From Promethearchaeota archaeon (GTDB taxonomy: Archaea > Asgardarchaeota > Lokiarchaeia > Sigyniarchaeales > SOKP01), in contig JBHLMP010000071.1 of NCBI GenBank assembly GCA_048938025.1, positions 1-12,498 of the forward strand: a stretch of DNA of 12,498 bases, given 5' to 3'. Of this stretch, positions 7,390 to 12,498 are shown in pieces (position 1 is the stretch's first letter; the number at the start of each line of letters is the position of its first letter). The position numbers and the translations under genes were made by a program. A model generated the notes under the pieces. The model made no database searches. It saw only the letters and a program-made list of their open reading frames with translations, and was not told where the DNA came from.

Positions 7390-7884
7390 TTAAATGTATA
7401 AACCGCGTCGTTGTGGATGTTTTTTTGAAAATTCCTTATCAATCCGTCTTCCTAATACATGCCCGATATTAGGATCTCGTTCATGTATTAAATCTTTTAA
7501 ATAATTACCATGTTCTTGAGAATATTTTTCAATACCAGCAGCAATAACATTCTGATCTTTTTTTATAGGAACAATCATTCCAAAAAAGCGAAGCATCTCG
7601 TCTGGAGACATTTTTTTCCCAACCTTTTCATCTATATCTTTATCTAAATTTCTAACAACTGTACCCATGCTCAAAGCAGAATAAGGGCTCAATTGTTTTG
7701 ATTTTAACCAATAAGCATTGGGTTTCTTTGTAATAAATGTATCAGAATTACCTTTATCATCTTTTGAACCTATAACTCTCCAATCCTTAGAGTCTTTGTC
7801 ATACTCTTTTTTCATTTGTTTTACAACTGAACTTATTGGAGCAATCCCGTGATAGTCTTTTTTTTCCTCTTTATCACTAGTCAT
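7390..7884 (-). CDS. Hypothetical protein (164 aa)
   Basis: Clean ATG ORF, TTTATA starting 32 nt upstream (7916), no recognised catalytic motif. Confidence 0.82.
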   Translation of the reverse strand: MTSDKEEKKDYHGIAPISSVVKQMKKEYDKDSKDWRVIGSKDDKGNSDTFITKKPNAYWLKSKQLSPYSALSMGTVVRNLDKDIDEKVGKKMSPDEMLRFFGMIVPIKKDQNVIAAGIEKYSQEHGNYLKDLIHERDPNIGHVLGRRIDKEFSKKHPQRRGLYI

Positions 7885-8046
7885 ATCCTATTATATTAAG
7901 GTAATTTAACTATAAAAATATAGAGAAAATATCGTATAAATAATAAAATATTTTAGTTTAAAAATTAATGGTGTTAATTAATAATCGAAAAGATCTGATT
8001 TCTTATATCTTTCTTTCTAAAAAACCAAATTCTTTATTAAATAAAG

Positions 8047-9930
8047 ATGATCCAGCAAAAAAATTTTGAAGAATTTAAAAAACTCCTTAGTTTATTTGAA
8101 AAATCTACTCGTTCAAACAATATAAAGGATTTTAAAGAATTAATTCCTATAATAGATTCGCTTGAAGATCTATTTTTAAGTAGTTATTATAATCGAAAAA
8201 AAGAGGGAATTTATTATACGGAAAAAGATATTACCCAATTTATGGTAGCTGAAGCTTTAATCTTTATCATTAATGAAAAATTAAAAAAGAATTCTAAAAA
8301 TTTTAAAAAGATAGGTAGAATTTATGAAATTAACAATTTGACATCAAATTCTCAACAGAAGATTCATGAAATATTATCAAATATAACAATTTGTGATCCT
8401 GCGTGTGGCTCTGGAAATTTTCTAATAAATTCAGCAGATTATTTATATAAACTTATTAGAAAATTAGATTTTGAACCCCAAAATTCTGATATTAAAATTA
8501 GGATATTAAAAAACCTTTATGGTTATGATACTAATGAATATGCGATTAAGTTATGTGCAATTAAACTTCTTGCTTGGTATTTCGATGGATCTAATTTAAG
8601 TCTCTCAGAAATCCTTCCCATTTTACAGTCAAATTTGAGAATTGAAAATATTATCTTGAATTCTAATTCTGCAAAATACGATATTATTATAGGGAATCCT
8701 CCTTATGGAAATATATTAAACCAAAATGAAAAATTGATTTTAAAGGAAGAAGAAATTTTTTATCATGATATTTACTGTGCATTTTTATTAAAATCCTTGG
8801 ATTTGAGTAATGAATTCATAGTTTTTATAGTCCCAAAAAGTTTTCTTCTTAGACAAGGTTATGTTAAATTTAGAAATAGTTTACTCTCTAAAGCAAACAT
8901 ACTAAAAATTTTTGATATTGGTTCTAAAATATTTAAAAATGCGACAAACGAAGTCCAAATAATTTTTTATAGAAACAAGAATCATAGAAATAAGGATCTA
9001 CAAATTTATGATTATCCGAATAAAAAAATCATGACATATAAAAATCAGAATACTGATTTATTAAGAATTTGCTTTAACTTAAAATGTCCTTATTACATAA
9101 AATCAAAGAAACTTTATTTTTACACATTTAATAAGCATTGTCCTAATTGTGGGTTTGAAACTGTCGCATTAAACCGTATAAGAATTAAAATTGATGATAT
9201 AACCTATCAAATAATCAATAAAATCGAACAAAATGGAAATTTGAATTATCTAAATCATCTAAGGTTTCCAAAAATGATTCGAGGAGAAGAGGATAAAGGC
9301 TTGAAACAAGTTAGAAAAATATTAGAAAATAATTCTGAAAATTCTTGTCTTTTTATAAGTGCAAGAAATGATCTTAAATATTATTATTTAACAAAGAAAA
9401 GGTCTTTCAATATCAAAGAAATAGATTCAAATCTTCTGAAAGGTGAAAATTATGAATATTATACAAAACCAAAATTACTAATTAAGCATAATAATATAAT
9501 ACCTGAAGCAATTTATACTGAAGAAGATGTATGTTTTACTTCATCGATTTATTCTTTACTTTATGATGATATTGAGGAATTAAAATATTTATGTGCCCTT
9601 ATTAATTCTGCTCTAATCCAATTTTATTGCATTTATGGAATTAATAACCAAAAAGATACGACAATAAATTTAAATCAATATATGATCCGTCATTTACCGT
9701 TTAGAAATTCTAATGAGAATACCAAATCTGAAATAGCTTTTAAAGTAAACAAAATTATCGAAACTTTAAGGATGACTAACGGGAAATATAATGCCTTAAC
9801 AAATCAATTATTAAGAGAGATTGATAACTTTATCTTTTCACTCTATTCGATTACAGATAATGAGAAAAACATAATCCTTTTAAACTTAAAAGAGCAAGTT
9901 AAATATTTCGAGAATATTTATGGCGCATGA
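8047..9930 (+). CDS. N6-adenine DNA methyltransferase, gamma class (Eco57I/TaqI-like) with C-terminal target-recognition domain
   Basis: Motif X GIYYT, motif I ICDPACGSGNFL (~8389), motif II LYGYD, motif IV DIIIGNPPY (NPPY 8695-8706), FIVPKSFL, and a TaqI-C-like PKLLIK...LKYLCALINS...IRHLPF. Only ~50 aa precede motif X, so no nuclease domain is evident. Confidence 0.92.
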   Translation: MIQQKNFEEFKKLLSLFEKSTRSNNIKDFKELIPIIDSLEDLFLSSYYNRKKEGIYYTEKDITQFMVAEALIFIINEKLKKNSKNFKKIGRIYEINNLTSNSQQKIHEILSNITICDPACGSGNFLINSADYLYKLIRKLDFEPQNSDIKIRILKNLYGYDTNEYAIKLCAIKLLAWYFDGSNLSLSEILPILQSNLRIENIILNSNSAKYDIIIGNPPYGNILNQNEKLILKEEEIFYHDIYCAFLLKSLDLSNEFIVFIVPKSFLLRQGYVKFRNSLLSKANILKIFDIGSKIFKNATNEVQIIFYRNKNHRNKDLQIYDYPNKKIMTYKNQNTDLLRICFNLKCPYYIKSKKLYFYTFNKHCPNCGFETVALNRIRIKIDDITYQIINKIEQNGNLNYLNHLRFPKMIRGEEDKGLKQVRKILENNSENSCLFISARNDLKYYYLTKKRSFNIKEIDSNLLKGENYEYYTKPKLLIKHNNIIPEAIYTEEDVCFTSSIYSLLYDDIEELKYLCALINSALIQFYCIYGINNQKDTTINLNQYMIRHLPFRNSNENTKSEIAFKVNKIIETLRMTNGKYNALTNQLLREIDNFIFSLYSITDNEKNIILLNLKEQVKYFENIYGA

Positions 9931-9949
9931 ATTATTAAATTAATTATTA

Positions 9950-10504
9950 ATGTCTCAACTTATAAGTTATTCAAAACTAAGACTTTCGGAATTTTTTACA
10001 TTTTTTAATCTTAATGAAATCGATAGTGAAAGATCCTCTCCTAACATAAAAATACTCAAACCAGGTGGATTTCAAGAGTATATAAATATTGAATTTCACC
10101 TTAATGAAAGGGGTGATGTAGTAATGGCTATATTACTATTAGATCGTCAATGGATTGGAAATGTTGAAACAATTAATCCATTTGGTAAGGATATTGCCAA
10201 GAGTTTTATTGATGCTGTTGTTCCACTTGTAGAAAAAGAAGGAGAAGATAATATAGTTATTCTGTTAGTACATTTTCTCTTTAATATGGTTGGTACGAAA
10301 GATAAGATAATCCCTTGTACACAACCACTTTATAATTTTGAAAATTCATCTCGAGAGGTAAAATGCTTCTTAGATGTCTATAGAGGTTTAAAGAATTCAT
10401 TCGAAATTCCTCTTAAAACGTCGACCTTGATAATTAAAAATATAATCCAGAAAAATAAACCTCGTATTATTATTAAATGGAGGATTAAAAACAACAAAAA
10501 TTGA
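9950..10504 (+). CDS. Hypothetical protein (184 aa), probably co-transcribed with the methyltransferase
   Basis: ATG ORF 19 nt after the MTase stop on the same strand. No recognisable motif. Confidence 0.78.
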   Translation: MSQLISYSKLRLSEFFTFFNLNEIDSERSSPNIKILKPGGFQEYINIEFHLNERGDVVMAILLLDRQWIGNVETINPFGKDIAKSFIDAVVPLVEKEGEDNIVILLVHFLFNMVGTKDKIIPCTQPLYNFENSSREVKCFLDVYRGLKNSFEIPLKTSTLIIKNIIQKNKPRIIIKWRIKNNKN

Positions 10505-11017
10505 TTAAGTTCTGATATTGTTACTCTTAATCATTTTAAAATGAAAATCGCAAATTTTATCTCCTAATCCCATAAACTTGTTTCTTTCAATTTTTATTTC
10601 ATGATTAAAATCTTCAAAAACAGCTTTATAAAACGGTTCACACATATTTTTACAAATCAAAGGAATTTTCCCTTGGCGCTTCTCGCTTCTTTCCATAATA
10701 GACTTATATGGACATTTGATTATATTTATAATTATATCTGATTCGTTATTTTTTATAATTTCATAATCCCATCCTTCTATTGACCACCGAAATGTAATTA
10801 TTTCAATTAAATCTTCTAAAGAATTGGTATCAATGTTTAAATAACGTTTAATCCGTCGGATAAAAATTTTTAAAAGTCTTGTCCAAACCGAAGTATCAAT
10901 CTTTAAGGCAAGATCCCATCCTACTTCCTTCTCAGTCTCCAGCATCCATACACCATCTACAGAGAAAAAATTATTTTCAAAATAAAACAACTTATCTTTA
11001 TCACTTATTTTTCTCAT
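10505..11017 (-). CDS. DUF6125 / V4R-like (ATC-hydrolase-like) ligand-binding protein
   Basis: N-terminal FxxDGxWxxxxExxxGxxxAxxxDxxVW and the Cys pattern CPY...CxxxC...GDxxCDFxF. Confidence 0.75.
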   Translation of the reverse strand: MRKISDKDKLFYFENNFFSVDGVWMLETEKEVGWDLALKIDTSVWTRLLKIFIRRIKRYLNIDTNSLEDLIEIITFRWSIEGWDYEIIKNNESDIIINIIKCPYKSIMERSEKRQGKIPLICKNMCEPFYKAVFEDFNHEIKIERNKFMGLGDKICDFHFKMIKSNNIRT

Positions 11018-11308
11018 AATGTCTTCTAATCATTATTTCATAAAATTAATTAAGAAGAGGGATTCATATTATATATAATCTAAATTTTTAAAAGATGTTT
11101 TAATTTACATTTCCATATACGCTTTATCTTATATTTCTCTAACTTAATATAACAAATCTTAAAAAATTTTTCTAATTTTTATTAAATCATACTCTGTTTC
11201 TAGTTAAATATATAATAATCTTTATCTATGAAAATAATATTTTAAAAAACTATCATTTATTACACCCGAATAATTATTTGCTAATAATATTAAATAATAG
11301 TCTTAAAT

Positions 11309-12145
11309 ATGGTAAATGTCATACTTGCTCTATTATTAAGTTTTTTAGCGGGGCTTTCAACTACTATTGGAAGTTTTTTTGCTTTTTTTATGAAAAGACC
11401 TAGCCCAAAATTTCTTTCTTTCATTATGGGATTTTCTGCAGGAGTTATGATTTTAATTTCATTTTTAGAATTGTTGCAACAGAGTATAGAAGCAATTGGA
11501 TTTCTCTTAGGAATTACTTTTTTTTTTTTAGGAATGCTAGTAATGTTTATTATTGATATACTAATTTCTCACGAATATGAATTTGAGGACTCTATTGAGA
11601 CTTTAATGAATAATAATGGTCAATGTAAACCACATCTTCATTATGGGCATCGTCATCGGCAACGTCCCCACCATCGTGGTGAAAGTAGAGATGCTATTTT
11701 AATAAAATCATCCATATTTATATTCTTTGGAGTATTTATCCATAACTTTCCCGAAGGTATGGCTACTTTTATAGGAACTCTCACACAAGTACAGCTTGGA
11801 ATTTTATTGACTATAGCCATAGCATTGCATAATATACCAGAAGGAATTGCTGTGGCAGTGCCAATTTATGCTTGTACATTAGATAAGAAAAAAGCTTTTA
11901 AATGGTCTTTTATCTCAGGAATGAGTGAGCCTTTAGGAGCAGTATTAACATGGTTGATTCTTTTCCCCTTTATTAATGATTATGTGTTATATTCTATGTT
12001 GGGTGCAGTTGGCGGTATCATGGTTTATATTTCTTTAGATGAATTATTACCTGCATCTCGATCATTAGCTAAGGAACATTATTCAATAATTGGAATTATA
12101 ACTGGTATGTTTATAATGTCAGTAAGTTTAGCATTATTTTATTGA
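11309..12145 (+). CDS. zupT: ZIP-family zinc/divalent metal transporter ZupT
   Basis: AGLSTTIG, GFSAGVMILISF, HNFPEG and HNIPEG metal-site helices, GIMVYISLDELLP, and a His-rich cytoplasmic loop. Confidence 0.95.
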   Translation: MVNVILALLLSFLAGLSTTIGSFFAFFMKRPSPKFLSFIMGFSAGVMILISFLELLQQSIEAIGFLLGITFFFLGMLVMFIIDILISHEYEFEDSIETLMNNNGQCKPHLHYGHRHRQRPHHRGESRDAILIKSSIFIFFGVFIHNFPEGMATFIGTLTQVQLGILLTIAIALHNIPEGIAVAVPIYACTLDKKKAFKWSFISGMSEPLGAVLTWLILFPFINDYVLYSMLGAVGGIMVYISLDELLPASRSLAKEHYSIIGIITGMFIMSVSLALFY

Positions 12146-12271
12146 TTTTATATTTGAGAAGACGCTAAACTAAGAAGATTTAACACAAAATAATTAAAAA
12201 AAAAGTATAATTAATGAAATTAACAACATCAATAATATTAGATTAAAATCTAAATTAATTGTGTGAAAATT

Positions 12272-12498
12272 ATGGTTGAAGCAGAAATATGGCATCTTTA
12301 TAGAGAGATGTTGCGTAGCCGCCTTTTTGAAGAGGCTGTAATGGATTTATGGGAAAAAGGGAAGATTTCAGGTGAGATGCACCTTGGAACTGGGGAAGAA
12401 GCAATTATAGCAGGAGTAGTTTCACAATTAGAAGAAGGCGATGCTATGGCAGTTGACCATCGTGGAACGCCTCCATTCATTATGCGAGGAATAGATCC
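12272..12498 (+). CDS. TPP-dependent dehydrogenase E1 alpha subunit (PdhA/AcoA family), 3' truncated by window
   Basis: MVEAEIWHLYREMLRSRLFEEAVMDLWEKGKISGEMHLGTGEEAIIAGVVSQLEEGDAMAVDHRG... carries the RxFEE, GxxHLxxGxEA and HRG motifs. Not in the ORF track. Confidence 0.93.
   Translation, partial: MVEAEIWHLYREMLRSRLFEEAVMDLWEKGKISGEMHLGTGEEAIIAGVVSQLEEGDAMAVDHRGTPPFIMRGID

Noticed and set aside
9928-9952. TGA readthrough fusing the MTase to the next ORF
   Set aside because: The 19-nt gap puts the next ORF in a different frame, and the MTase C-terminus looks complete.
11273-11288. ATTATT-TGCT-AATAAT palindrome upstream of zupT as a metal-regulator site
   Set aside because: The 6-nt all-AT arms are expected by chance in such an AT-rich spacer.
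12298-12480. 60-aa minus-strand ORF
   Set aside because: Antisense to the clear E1 alpha reading frame.

Overview
AT-rich, gene-dense archaeal window. Gene content and style suggest an Asgard archaeon such as Lokiarchaeia (inference, not confirmed): an AOR C-terminus, an SDS22-type LRR protein, a DUF6125/V4R-like protein, and TATA boxes about 30 nt upstream of the ATG. In order it holds the 3' end of an aldehyde:ferredoxin oxidoreductase, a truncated copy of the 5' end of a GNAT gene, an LRR protein, the intact GNAT acetyltransferase, an orphan LuxE-family acyl-protein synthetase, a flavodoxin-like protein, an internally duplicated Trp-rich 4-TM membrane protein followed by a zinc-knuckle relic, a 423-aa coiled-coil/Pro-rich protein, nadE, two hypotheticals, a solitary gamma-class N6-adenine DNA methyltransferase with an inserted 4-Cys motif, a hypothetical, a DUF6125-like protein, zupT, and the 5' end of a TPP-dependent E1 alpha subunit. 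I saw no rRNA, tRNA, CRISPR array or transposase. The best leads are the LRR gene bracketed by a duplicated GNAT 5' end, the 423-aa protein with an ESCRT-I-like layout, the Zn-finger methyltransferase and the LuxE variant. None is a demonstrated novel system from sequence alone.
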